64,000 nucleotides of DNA, taken from Methylophilaceae bacterium (GTDB lineage Bacteria; Pseudomonadota; Gammaproteobacteria; Burkholderiales; Methylophilaceae). Shown here piece by piece: positions 1-9,550 of the stretch. Within the stretch, counting starts at the first letter, position 1, and every line of letters starts with the position of its first letter. Both the position numbers and the translations under genes were made by a program. The notes below the pieces were generated by a model. It was not told where the DNA came from and made no database searches. It saw only the letters and a program-made list of their open reading frames with translations. The stretch is taken from positions 32,385 to 96,384 of the forward strand of contig JANNOS010000106.1 of NCBI GenBank assembly GCA_031399315.1, written 5' to 3'.

Positions 1-426
1 TTTTTATATTTTATAGGTAAGCCAGCAAATGCTGAACAGATTGCGGATACGCTACAAGTAGCACGTAGCAATGTGAGCAATAGTTTAAAAGAGTTGCAAA
101 ACTGGAACCTCATCCGCATTACGCACATGATGGGTGATAGGCGCGATTATTTTGAAACTTCATTAGATATATGGGCGCTTTTCAATACCGTGATTAACGA
201 ACGGAAAAAACGTGAATTTGATCCGACGGTTACATTTTTAAAAGAGTTTTTAGCTAAAAACACTTTTAGCAACAATGAATTAGATGCAAAAAAACGTGTG
301 GGGGAAATGTTAGAGTTAATGCAAACTCTATCAATTTGGGGCGATGAAATGCTAAAACTTAAACCAGAAACCCTCACCAAAATTATGAAATATGGCGCAA
401 AAATTCAAAGTTTATTAAGAAGCTAA
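1..426 (+). CDS. GbsR/MarR-family transcriptional regulator (5'-truncated by window edge)
   Basis: Frame 1 is open from base 1 (FLYFIGKPANAEQIADTLQVARSNVSNSLKELQNW...GDRRDYFET), a typical GbsR wHTH. Confidence 0.85.
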   Translation, partial: FLYFIGKPANAEQIADTLQVARSNVSNSLKELQNWNLIRITHMMGDRRDYFETSLDIWALFNTVINERKKREFDPTVTFLKEFLAKNTFSNNELDAKKRVGEMLELMQTLSIWGDEMLKLKPETLTKIMKYGAKIQSLLRS

Positions 427-428
427 AA

Positions 429-836
429 ATGAATATCACTTATCCACTCACCATTTATTACGATGCCAGTTGCCCCTTATGTGCAAGTGAAATGCACACC
501 ATTAAAGAAACAGATTTCGACAACAAATTGATTTTGGTAGATTGCTCTAATGAGGCATTTAACGAACCTGCATTTTGTCCCACTACAAAAGAATTAATGA
601 TGGCGCGTATACATGCAGTAGATGCTGCAGGCCAATGGATTAAAGGCATTGATGTATTTGAAGCAGCTTATAAAGCCGCAGGCTTTACCAAACTTAGCCA
701 AATTTGGGGCAGCACGCTTTTAAAACCGTTATTAACTCGTGCCTACCCTTTTATTGCGGATAATCGTTACTGGCTAAGCAAAACGGCGTTACCTTACTTA
801 TTAAATTGGGTCTTAAGAAAGTATGCTCCTAGCTAA
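429..836 (+). CDS. DCC/DUF393 thiol-disulfide oxidoreductase family protein
   Basis: N-terminal IYYDASCPLC (DxxCxxC) motif. Confidence 0.85.
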   Translation: MNITYPLTIYYDASCPLCASEMHTIKETDFDNKLILVDCSNEAFNEPAFCPTTKELMMARIHAVDAAGQWIKGIDVFEAAYKAAGFTKLSQIWGSTLLKPLLTRAYPFIADNRYWLSKTALPYLLNWVLRKYAPS

Positions 837-935
837 TTAAATAGCAAATGAGCTCAGTTGTAAAAAAGCAGCTCTGTAAAAATGATACAATTTCGTTTTT
901 AATTTTCAATCATTTCTTTTGAAAAAAATCTTGTT

Positions 936-1823
936 TTGAATAAATTAGTCATCTTTGGTGTAGGCTTAATTGGCGGGTCGGTTGCATTGGCTTTGAAAAA
1001 GGCTGGAAGCGCGCCGCACATCGTCGGTGTCGGGCGCACAGAAAAAAGTTTGCAAAATGCTTTAGATTTAGGCGTAATTGATTCGGCGCAAACCAATATC
1101 AGCGATGCACTTGAAGGTGCAGATTTAATCTTGATTGCCGCACCTGTGGCACAAACTGCTAGTATTTTGCAAAGTATTAAGCCGCATTTAAATCAGCACA
1201 CAGTTATTACTGACGCAGGCAGCACCAAGGGCGACGTGCTGGCCTGTGCGAAAGAAATTTTAGGCGAGCAATTTAACCAATTTGTTGGCGGCCACCCCAT
1301 TGCAGGCGCAGAGAAATCTGGCGTTGCGGCAGCAAAAAGTGACTTATTTTTAGGCAAAAATGTTGTCTTAACACCTGCAACTTTGAATAATGATGCTCTG
1401 CAGACCAACATCCATGCGGTTCACAGAGCATCTGAATTATGGGTCGCATGCGGTGCGAATGTCAGTGAAATGCCTGCTGAAACGCACGATAGTATCTTCG
1501 CCGCTGTGAGCCACTTACCGCATTTATTAGCGTTTGCCTTGGTCGATGATATTGCCTCACGCCCTAACGCGGAACAATTATTTAGCTTCGCCGCCAGCGG
1601 CTTTAGAGACTTTACCCGTATTGCAGGTAGCCACCCTGAGATGTGGCGCGACATTAGCCTTGCTAACAAACCTGCATTACTAGCAGAAATAACTGCCTTT
1701 GAAAACGAACTAGCTCAATTAAAACAACACCTTAAAAACGATGATGCGAATGGCTTACAAGCACTTTTTGAGCGCGCCAGTGTTGCGCGCAATAATTGGG
1801 CGAAAGAAAGAGAAAAACAGTAG
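936..1823 (+). CDS. tyrA: Prephenate dehydrogenase
   Basis: GVGLIGGS Rossmann motif, DAGSTK, GGHPIAGAE, SHLPH, GFRDFTRIA; TTG start; upstream of aroA. Confidence 0.93.
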   Translation: MNKLVIFGVGLIGGSVALALKKAGSAPHIVGVGRTEKSLQNALDLGVIDSAQTNISDALEGADLILIAAPVAQTASILQSIKPHLNQHTVITDAGSTKGDVLACAKEILGEQFNQFVGGHPIAGAEKSGVAAAKSDLFLGKNVVLTPATLNNDALQTNIHAVHRASELWVACGANVSEMPAETHDSIFAAVSHLPHLLAFALVDDIASRPNAEQLFSFAASGFRDFTRIAGSHPEMWRDISLANKPALLAEITAFENELAQLKQHLKNDDANGLQALFERASVARNNWAKEREKQ

Positions 1824-1826
1824 TTT

Positions 1827-3119
1827 ATGGAACCAAAAAACTTACCTGCCGCGAGTCGCGCCGATGGTGATATTACGCTACCTGGCTCAAAAAGTATTTC
1901 AAATCGTACACTACTATTAGCTGCCCTAGCGGATGGAGTGTCACCTGTGGAAGGCTTACTAAAGTCCGACGACACTGGACGCATGCTAGAAGCACTTGAG
2001 ATGCTTGGTATAGAAATTGATAAGAATGAGCAAAGTGACAGCATCATTCTTTTCGGTTGCAATGGGGAATTTCCTAACAAACAGGCAGATCTGTTTTTAG
2101 GCAATGCAGGCACCGCATTTCGTCCACTCACTGCTGCACTCGCCTTGTCTGGCGGGTACTACTCACTATCAGGTGTTCCACGTATGCACGAGCGCCCAAT
2201 TGGCGATTTGGTGGATGCACTACGTCAAATCGGCGCGAATATTGAATACACAGGTAACGAAGGTTTTCCGCCACTTAAAATCTCCCCTGCTAACATAGAT
2301 GTGAGCAAACCGATTCAAATTCGTGGTGATGTTTCCAGCCAGTTTTTAACCGCTCTTTTAATGGCACTGCCGCTGACCAAGCAAAAAGCCACCATACAAG
2401 TGGTGGGCGAACTCATATCCAAACCTTACATTGAAATTACACTTAATTTGATGAAAAAATTTGGCATAAGTGTAGAACGCGAAGGCTGGCAAAAATTCAT
2501 CATCCCGAGTAACTCGAACTACCTTTCTCCTGAGCATATTCTTGTTGAAGGTGATGCTTCTAGCGCTTCTTATTTCTTTGCGGCTGGTGCAATCGCAGGT
2601 GGAGTATTTGTCGAAGGAATTACAAAAGATAGCATTCAAGGTGATATTTTATTTGCTGAAGAAATCAAGAAAATGGGAGCTCAAGTCACCTATTTAGCAG
2701 ACCGCGTTTTGGTACAAATGCCAGAAAATGGTCAGAAACTCAAAGCTATCGACCTTGACTGCAACCATATTCCAGACGCCGCCATGACGCTAGCTATCAT
2801 GGCCTTATTTGCTGACGGCACAACAACATTACGCAATATTGCCAGTTGGCGTGTAAAAGAAACCGACCGCATCGCCGCAATGGCAAAAGAGTTAGACAAA
2901 GTAGGGGCAAAAGTTGTAACAGGTGCTGATTTCATCCAAATCACACCACCCGCCCAACTTACGCCTAATGCGGTGATTGATACTTACGACGACCACCGCA
3001 TGGCGATGTGCTTTTCACTTGTTTCACTAGGCGGCGTGCCAATTACGATTAACGACCCAAAATGCGTAGCCAAAACATTCCCCAATTATTTTGAAGAGTT
3101 TGCAAAAATTGTCAGCTAA
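1827..3119 (+). CDS. aroA: 3-phosphoshikimate 1-carboxyvinyltransferase
   Basis: [42 protein letters not shown] motifs. Confidence 0.97.
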   Translation: MEPKNLPAASRADGDITLPGSKSISNRTLLLAALADGVSPVEGLLKSDDTGRMLEALEMLGIEIDKNEQSDSIILFGCNGEFPNKQADLFLGNAGTAFRPLTAALALSGGYYSLSGVPRMHERPIGDLVDALRQIGANIEYTGNEGFPPLKISPANIDVSKPIQIRGDVSSQFLTALLMALPLTKQKATIQVVGELISKPYIEITLNLMKKFGISVEREGWQKFIIPSNSNYLSPEHILVEGDASSASYFFAAGAIAGGVFVEGITKDSIQGDILFAEEIKKMGAQVTYLADRVLVQMPENGQKLKAIDLDCNHIPDAAMTLAIMALFADGTTTLRNIASWRVKETDRIAAMAKELDKVGAKVVTGADFIQITPPAQLTPNAVIDTYDDHRMAMCFSLVSLGGVPITINDPKCVAKTFPNYFEEFAKIVS

Positions 3120-3786
3120 TCCTATTCCAGTTATCGCGATTGATGGTCCTTCTGCCAGCGGTAAAGGCACCGTCTCACAATTGGTAGCTGAAAAGCTTGG
3201 CTTTCATTACCTAGACTCTGGCGCACTCTATAGAATCGTCGCGCTGGCGGCGGCGCAGCAACATATGGCTTGGAGCGACGCCGAAGCGCTCGGCAAACTA
3301 GCTGCAACGCTCAATATTCAATTTAAAAACGGTGAAATTTACTTAAACCAAACTATTGTCTCTGAGGCAGTACGCAGCGAAGAGATGAGTCGCGGCGCCT
3401 CAGAAGTCGCTATTCACAGCCAAGTGCGTAACGCGCTATTTGATTTGCAACAAAGTTTTCGCAAGGCACCTGGCCTTGTGGCCGACGGTCGCGACATGGC
3501 TTCAGTCGTATTTAAGGATGCTGCGCTTAAGATTTTTCTTACTGCCCATGTTGAAATACGCGCCGAGCGCCGCTATAAACAACCTATTGGCAAGAACATA
3601 TCTGCTAATTACGCAAAAATTCTGCAAGACTTACAAGAGCGTGACACACGCGATAGCCAGCGCAGGGCTTCACCCCTTGTACAAACCCCAGATGCGGTGC
3701 TTTTAGACACTAGCTATCGGTCAATTAACGATGCCGTAGAATTTGTTCTCGCCGCATATAAAAATATTTTGCAAAATATTGCATAA
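3109..3786 (+). CDS. cmk: Cytidylate kinase
   Basis: [14 protein letters not shown]-loop, [14 protein letters not shown]; probable TTG start at 3109 (ORF track starts at 3091). Confidence 0.95.
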   Translation: MSANPIPVIAIDGPSASGKGTVSQLVAEKLGFHYLDSGALYRIVALAAAQQHMAWSDAEALGKLAATLNIQFKNGEIYLNQTIVSEAVRSEEMSRGASEVAIHSQVRNALFDLQQSFRKAPGLVADGRDMASVVFKDAALKIFLTAHVEIRAERRYKQPIGKNISANYAKILQDLQERDTRDSQRRASPLVQTPDAVLLDTSYRSINDAVEFVLAAYKNILQNIA

Positions 3787-3947
3787 AATCACTTTAAGTC
3801 ATTGAACACAAGCTATTTTTTGTGTACCATGCTCGGTTCGTGCTGCGCTTTTAAACAATAAAATTGATAATCAACAAAATTATTTAGTTTGCAGCTTTAT
3901 ATTAACTACCCCACTGCTAGGTGGGAAACTTTAGGTAACTTTTTTTA

Positions 3948-5462
3948 ATGGCTTCTACTTCCAACTCAACTCCATCTTCAATGGAATCCTTCGCCGCGCT
4001 TTTTGAAGAAAGCTTAGCGCGCCAAGAAATGCGCTCTGGCGAAGTAATTACCGCCGAAGTAATCTCAATCGATAGTGACCACGTCATTGTGAACGCTGGT
4101 CTTAAATCTGAAAGCGTGATTGACGCTAACGAATTCAAAAATGCTCAAGGTGAGCTTGAAGTGGCCATTGGCGACTTTGTAAAAGTATGTATCGAAAAAC
4201 TCGAAGATGGTTTTGGCTCAACCCAACTTTCTCGCGAAAAAGCGAAGAAAATGGAAGCTTGGCTTGATTTAGAAGATGCAATGAACGAAGGCCGCGTGGT
4301 TAAAGGTTATGTAAGCGGCAAAGTAAAAGGCGGTTTACGCGTTTCTGTTAATGGCATTATGGCGTTCTTGCCTGGCTCATTGGTTGATGTTCGCCCAGTA
4401 AAAGACACCACACCATTCGAAAACAAAGAGTGGGATTTCAAAGTAATTAAATTAGACCGCAAGCGTAACAATATTGTGGTTTCTCGCCGTGCTGTGATGG
4501 AAGTTTCAGCTGGTGCAGACCGTGAAGCATTGATGGGCTCATTGGTTGAAGGCGCAACGGTTAAAGGGATTGTTAAAAACATCACTGATTACGGCGCATT
4601 CGTTGACTTAGGTGGCATCGACGGCTTACTACACATTACTGACTTAGCATGGCGTCGTGTAAAACACCCATCTGAAGTATTAACAGTAGGCGAAGAAGTT
4701 GAAGCAAAAATCTTGAAATTCGATCAAGAGAAAAACCGTGTTTCACTTGGTATCAAACAATTAGGCGATGACCCATGGGTGGCTTTAACCCGCCGTTATC
4801 CAGTAAGCACACGCTTATTTGGCAAAGTATCAAATATCACTGACTATGGCGCATTCGTTGAGGTTGAGCCAGGTATCGAAGGTTTAGTTCACGTTTCAGA
4901 GATGGATTGGACCAACAAAAATATTCATCCAGGCAAAATCGCACAATTAGGTGACGAAGTTGAAGTGATGATTCTTGAGATTGATGAAGATCGTCGTCGT
5001 TTATCACTTGGGATGAAACAATGTAAAGCAAACCCTTGGGATGATTTCTCAGCGACACATGCTAAAGGTGACAAAGTCTCTGGTCAGATTAAATCCATTA
5101 CAGACTTTGGCGTGTTTATTGGCTTGCCAGGCGGTATTGATGGTTTAGTGCACTTGTCTGATCTTTCATGGACACAAGCTGGTGAAGAAGCGATTCGTAA
5201 CTTCAAAAAAGGTGATGAGCTAAACGCTGTAATTATCGCCATTGATGTAGAAAAAGAGCGCATTTCATTAGGCGTAAAACAATTGACTGAAGATCCATCA
5301 GGCGCATCATCAAGCTCTTCAACTGAAGAAAAAGCAGCTAAGCCAAAAGCTAAACCTGCAAAAACTAAAGCTGAAGAGATGAAGCCAGAAGAGAATGCAG
5401 CTGCAGCGGGAACAACAAATCTTGGCGCTTTATTAAAAGCCAAAATGGACAGTAAGAAGTAA
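3948..5462 (+). CDS. rpsA: 30S ribosomal protein S1 (only five S1 domains)
   Basis: [10 protein letters not shown]-terminus, repeated DYGAFV..G..GL.H.S motifs, [12 protein letters not shown] tail; cmk-rpsA-ihfB synteny. Confidence 0.97.
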   Translation: MASTSNSTPSSMESFAALFEESLARQEMRSGEVITAEVISIDSDHVIVNAGLKSESVIDANEFKNAQGELEVAIGDFVKVCIEKLEDGFGSTQLSREKAKKMEAWLDLEDAMNEGRVVKGYVSGKVKGGLRVSVNGIMAFLPGSLVDVRPVKDTTPFENKEWDFKVIKLDRKRNNIVVSRRAVMEVSAGADREALMGSLVEGATVKGIVKNITDYGAFVDLGGIDGLLHITDLAWRRVKHPSEVLTVGEEVEAKILKFDQEKNRVSLGIKQLGDDPWVALTRRYPVSTRLFGKVSNITDYGAFVEVEPGIEGLVHVSEMDWTNKNIHPGKIAQLGDEVEVMILEIDEDRRRLSLGMKQCKANPWDDFSATHAKGDKVSGQIKSITDFGVFIGLPGGIDGLVHLSDLSWTQAGEEAIRNFKKGDELNAVIIAIDVEKERISLGVKQLTEDPSGASSSSSTEEKAAKPKAKPAKTKAEEMKPEENAAAAGTTNLGALLKAKMDSKK

Positions 5463-5518
5463 GATTGTTAGTTAAAGCAATCACCTTAATTAAGTTAAAC
5501 TAAAGGCAACTATAAGCC

Positions 5519-5803
5519 ATGACAAAATCTGAATTAATTAATTTACTCGCTGAACGTTTTCCACAGCTTGTAGTGAAAGACGCAGAGCTATCTGTTAAAG
5601 CGATTTTAGATGCGATGACAGATAACTTATCTACTGGTGAGCGTATCGAAATTAGGGGGTTTGGAAGCTTTAGCTTAAATTACAGACCCCCGCGTTTAGG
5701 TCGCAACCCTAAAACTGGCAGCAAAGTACAGGTACCTGCAAAACATGTACCTCACTTTAAAGCGGGTAAAGAGTTGCGTGATAGAGTTGATTCTGCAGAA
5801 TAA
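5519..5803 (+). CDS. ihfB: Integration host factor subunit beta
   Basis: MTKSELI...[26 protein letters not shown]...HFKAGKELR. Confidence 0.97.
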   Translation: MTKSELINLLAERFPQLVVKDAELSVKAILDAMTDNLSTGERIEIRGFGSFSLNYRPPRLGRNPKTGSKVQVPAKHVPHFKAGKELRDRVDSAE

Positions 5804-5849
5804 GTAATGGCTTAACTAATAAACAGCAATCAAGTAAATAGCAATCAAG

Positions 5850-5880
5850 AAAAACGGCGCTTAATCCAAGCGCCGTTTTT
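5850..5880 (+). terminator. Intrinsic terminator after ihfB
   Basis: aaaaacggcgctt-aatcc-aagcgccgttttt inverted repeat followed by a T-run. Confidence 0.8.
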
Positions 5881-6014
5881 TATTGAGTACCTTTTTTTAT
5901 TGGGCGCCGTTTTTATGTTGCAATTTTTATTTTGTTTTATGGCTACTTTTTATAATCATTAGCCAGTCACCCCAAGCTTAGGTAAAATAACATTCTCTAT
6001 CACAAAGTAAAATT

Positions 6015-7229
6015 ATGACTGTTGAATTCGAATATTGGTGGTTACTAGTTCTACCGCTGTTTTTTACACTGGGCTGGATAGCCGCTCGCGTGGATATTAA
6101 GCAACTATTATCTGAATCAACCACCCTGCCTGCTGCTTATTTTAAGGGCTTAAACTTTCTGATCAGCGATCAGCACGATAAAGCGGTAGAAGCTTTTTCT
6201 GAGGCCATGCAAGCCAATACTGATTCACTCGAGTTGCACTTTGCGCTGGGCAGCCTATTTAGACGTACTGGCGAAACTGATCGCGCCATCAATATGCACC
6301 TTAATTTGCTGGATAAAAAAGAACTTACTCCAAACCAAAGAAGCGCGGTAAAAGCCGAGCTCGCGCAAGATTATTTAAAAGCAGGCCTGTATGACCGCGC
6401 TGAAGAACTATTTAAGGGGCTGGACGACACACGCTACCGTCAACCCGCGTTACACGCGCTGCTGGAAATTTATGTGCGCGAACGCGAGTGGACACAAGCC
6501 ATTGAAACCGCAACTGAGCTAGAGCGCTTGTCTGGCGTGCCTTTTAGAAAAGAGATTGCACAATATTATTGTGAGCTTGCGATGAACGACATTATTGCGC
6601 AAAGACCAGATGGCGCGCGCAATATACTCCACATGGCATTAGATGCAAACAAAAACTGCGTGCGCGCCAACGTGTTATTAGGTGACCTAGAAGTGAGCGA
6701 AGGTGCACATCAAGCCGCAATTTCACACTGGAAGCGTATTGAATTTCAAAAGCCTCAATATTTAGGCTTAATTGCTGGCAAGATGCTAAAAAGCTACAGT
6801 GCTAGCGAACAGCTCAAAGAAGGTTTAGCGCAACTAAATACCTATTTAGATACTTACAAACTACCCTCACTTATGTCTGTGCTTTATGAGGCAACATTAG
6901 CTGAAGAAGGCCCTGACAAAGCCGCGAAGCTCGCTAGAAATGAACTGATTCGCAAGCCGAATCTCACGACCTTAGATCAACTTTTGCAAGCACGTGCGAT
7001 GGCGGACGAGACTAAAAAACCTGTCAAAAATCTAGGCAACAATCAAGACATTCAGCTTATGCAGCAAACCGTTCGCAATGCAATTGGCGATCGTGCTGCT
7101 TACCATTGCGATCAATGTGGTTTTCGCGCTAAACAATACCACTGGCAGTGCCCCGCTTGCAACGCTTGGGAATCATTGCCTGCTGAACCTTCTGAAGCAA
7201 TCAGCCGTGAAATGACCATTAAAAAATAA
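6015..7229 (+). CDS. lapB: LPS assembly protein LapB (YciM)
   Basis: N-terminal TM helix, YFKGLNFL, TPR array, C-terminal rubredoxin CDQCGF...CPACNAW; upstream of pyrF. Confidence 0.93.
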   Translation: MTVEFEYWWLLVLPLFFTLGWIAARVDIKQLLSESTTLPAAYFKGLNFLISDQHDKAVEAFSEAMQANTDSLELHFALGSLFRRTGETDRAINMHLNLLDKKELTPNQRSAVKAELAQDYLKAGLYDRAEELFKGLDDTRYRQPALHALLEIYVREREWTQAIETATELERLSGVPFRKEIAQYYCELAMNDIIAQRPDGARNILHMALDANKNCVRANVLLGDLEVSEGAHQAAISHWKRIEFQKPQYLGLIAGKMLKSYSASEQLKEGLAQLNTYLDTYKLPSLMSVLYEATLAEEGPDKAAKLARNELIRKPNLTTLDQLLQARAMADETKKPVKNLGNNQDIQLMQQTVRNAIGDRAAYHCDQCGFRAKQYHWQCPACNAWESLPAEPSEAISREMTIKK

Positions 7230-7241
7230 TGCCCAAGAATC

Positions 7242-7976
7242 ATGCAAAAGAATAATAGTAGAATACCTGATTCAAAAGTAATCGTCGCGCTAGATTATGC
7301 AGATGCAGCAAGCGCCATTAAGCTAGTGAATCAGCTAGATCCTAGTCTATGTAAACTTAAGGTGGGGAAAGAGCTGTTTACTGCTGCTGGCCCACAATTG
7401 GTTGAAAAGCTCGTTAATCAAGATTTTGATGTCTTTTTAGATTTAAAATTTCACGACATACCTAATACCGTGGCAAAAGCATGTGAAGCAGCCAGCAATC
7501 TAGGCGTGTGGATGCTAAACGTTCATGCCTCTGGCGGCAGTGCCATGATGCAAGCGGCGCTAGAGGGTGTAAATAAGAGCAAGCAGACACCTTATTTGAT
7601 TGCGGTCACCATACTCACCAGCATGAATCAAGCAAGCTTAAGTGAGATTGGCATTGAAAATACAGTCGAAAATCAGGTACTCAAGCTTGCAAAGTTAACA
7701 CAACAAGCTGGTTTACACGGTGTGGTGTGTTCTGCACTCGAAGCAAAATTACTACGCCAACAACTAGGCGACAACTTTTGCTTAGTAACGCCAGGTATAC
7801 GCCCAAATCCAGCGAATACCAGCAGTGTCAACCAAGACGATCAATCTCGCGTTGTTACGCCACAGGATGCACTAAACAGCGGCGCTAGCTATCTTGTAAT
7901 TGGCCGACCAATTACGCAAGCACCCAACCCACTCAAAGCGTTAGAACATATTTTGCAAGAAATGACGATTAATTAG
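7242..7976 (+). CDS. pyrF: Orotidine-5'-phosphate decarboxylase
   Basis: IVALD, KVGKELF, FLDLKFHDIPNT, VTPGIRP, VIGRPIT. Confidence 0.97.
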   Translation: MQKNNSRIPDSKVIVALDYADAASAIKLVNQLDPSLCKLKVGKELFTAAGPQLVEKLVNQDFDVFLDLKFHDIPNTVAKACEAASNLGVWMLNVHASGGSAMMQAALEGVNKSKQTPYLIAVTILTSMNQASLSEIGIENTVENQVLKLAKLTQQAGLHGVVCSALEAKLLRQQLGDNFCLVTPGIRPNPANTSSVNQDDQSRVVTPQDALNSGASYLVIGRPITQAPNPLKALEHILQEMTIN

Positions 7977-8097
7977 GTGATGTATCTGTAAGCTAGACGT
8001 AAGGCTTTGAATTTACAATCAAAGCTAGTATTATTTGCAAGCGCCATACGCACGCATATGATTAATAAAAATTTAAAACACATAACGGAGAAACTTC

Positions 8098-8847
8098 ATG
8101 AAAAAAATACTCATCGCCTTATTGGCCTCGCTTGCTTTTAGCTTTAGTGCCTTTGCAGCAGTTAACTTAAATACTGCAACTCAAGCAGAGCTAGAAAGCC
8201 TAGATGGCATTGGCCCAGTAAGAGCAGCCGCGATTATTGATTACCGCAAAAAAAATGGTGGCTTTAAATCAATTGATGAGCTAGAAAAAGTTGATGGCGT
8301 TGGTGCAATTACATTAAAAAATGTGCGTAAAGATGTTGCCGTAAGTGGCCGAACAACTGTTATTGCGCCTGCTGCGGAAAGCAAGCCAGTGAAAGAAACA
8401 AAACCTACAAAAGATACTAAGCCAGCTAAAGAATCAAAGCCTACCAAAGAGGTAAAAGCGGACGAACCAGCTAAAGAGACTAACGTTAAGGAAACCAAGG
8501 CAGTTGGCACTGAAAAAGCGGCCACTAGCGGAAAAATTGCGGATAGCAAAGAAGTAAAAGAAGAAAAGCCTGCCAAAGAATCTAAAGCCAAAAAAGATAC
8601 TAAAGACAAAGAAGTGAAAAAAGAAAAAGAGGCTAAATCTGAAAAAACTGATAAAAAAGATGTAAAAACAGAAAAGTCTAAAAAAGCTGATACTGCTGAC
8701 AAAGACAAAAAAGCAGACGCAGATAAGAAGAAAGCCGCTGCTGATAAGAAGAAAGCCGCTGCTGATAAGAAAAAAGCGGATGCAAAAAAGAAAGCCGATA
8801 AAAAAGCGGCGGCTGATACTAAAAAAGCTGAAGCAAAAGCCAAGTAA
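8098..8847 (+). CDS. comEA: ComEA-family helix-hairpin-helix DNA-binding protein with long Lys/Ala-rich tail
   Basis: Signal peptide, VNLNTATQAELESLDGIGPVRAAAIIDYR..NGGFKSIDEL..V.GVG, then ~165 aa low-complexity tail. Confidence 0.85.
   Translation: MKKILIALLASLAFSFSAFAAVNLNTATQAELESLDGIGPVRAAAIIDYRKKNGGFKSIDELEKVDGVGAITLKNVRKDVAVSGRTTVIAPAAESKPVKETKPTKDTKPAKESKPTKEVKADEPAKETNVKETKAVGTEKAATSGKIADSKEVKEEKPAKESKAKKDTKDKEVKKEKEAKSEKTDKKDVKTEKSKKADTADKDKKADADKKKAAADKKKAAADKKKADAKKKADKKAAADTKKAEAKAK
8722..8784 (+). repeat. 21-bp coding tandem repeat (DKKKAAA)
   Basis: gataagaagaaagccgctgct twice exactly, plus one degenerate copy. Confidence 0.85.
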
Positions 8848-8889
8848 AAAATCACAACAGCAATTAAGTTACATCCGTTTTTACCAAAT

Positions 8890-8915
8890 AAAAAGCCCGC
8901 ACAAGCGGGCTTTTT
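8890..8915. terminator. Bidirectional intrinsic terminator
   Basis: aaaaagcccgc-acaa-gcgggcttttt between convergent genes. Confidence 0.85.
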
Positions 8916-8936
8916 AACGTACTAATACCATTTCAA

Positions 8937-9401
8937 TTAATCATCATGGCCTTGGTGGTTATGTTTATAGTGCCCTTTTCCGTGTTTATGTTTTTTATGG
9001 TGTTTTTTGTTATATTTTTTATTGCTACTAGTTTTAGCAGGTTCATCGATAATCTTACCCACGACTGCACCACCAGCACCACCCACACCAGCGCCAACAA
9101 CCGCACCTGTACCACTACCGCTAACTTTTCGACCCACATAAGCACCACCTGCGCCGCCTGCCGCACCACCAATCACAGCACCTGCTTGGCCGTCACCTTT
9201 GGTAGTTACAGCGCCACCCAAACCACCGCCTACTGCGCCGCCTACTACTTCACCAGTGCTTCCTCCAACCACGCCACCAAGTGCGGTACCCGCTGCAGCT
9301 CCTAAGCCACCGCCTACTGCAGTTTTAGCGTTGCTATCCGCAGCCATCGCTTGGTTAGAAAATAATAGAATTGCTAATAATGAGCTGTTAATTAACTTCA
9401 T
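8937..9401 (-). CDS. Secreted glycine-zipper protein with His/Lys-rich C-terminus
   Basis: Signal peptide, repeated GGAxGG motifs, tail KKHHKKHKHGKGHYKHNHQGHDD. Confidence 0.75.
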   Translation of the reverse strand: MKLINSSLLAILLFSNQAMAADSNAKTAVGGGLGAAAGTALGGVVGGSTGEVVGGAVGGGLGGAVTTKGDGQAGAVIGGAAGGAGGAYVGRKVSGSGTGAVVGAGVGGAGGAVVGKIIDEPAKTSSNKKYNKKHHKKHKHGKGHYKHNHQGHDD

Positions 9402-9550
9402 TGAGTCTTCCCTCTTTTGTAGAAAATATATGTTTGAATAGCTGTATGTACAAGATGTTAAAAAAACATAACATCAGCTAATGCTGATATTAATGTAAGA
9501 AAATTTTTACATTAATCATGATGTCTATTTAGCATATCAAGTATGCCAGC

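Noticed and set aside
3577-3594. Cmk RYKQPIG (Pro where Leu is usual)
   Set aside because: Single substitution; cannot be distinguished from a polymorphism or error
8241-8855. 204-aa antisense ORF over comEA
   Set aside because: Mirror of a Lys/Ala low-complexity sense gene, which explains the lack of stops; no independent features
8946-9441. Plus-strand ORFs (119 aa, 80 aa) over the glycine-zipper gene
   Set aside because: Shadows of Gly-rich repeats
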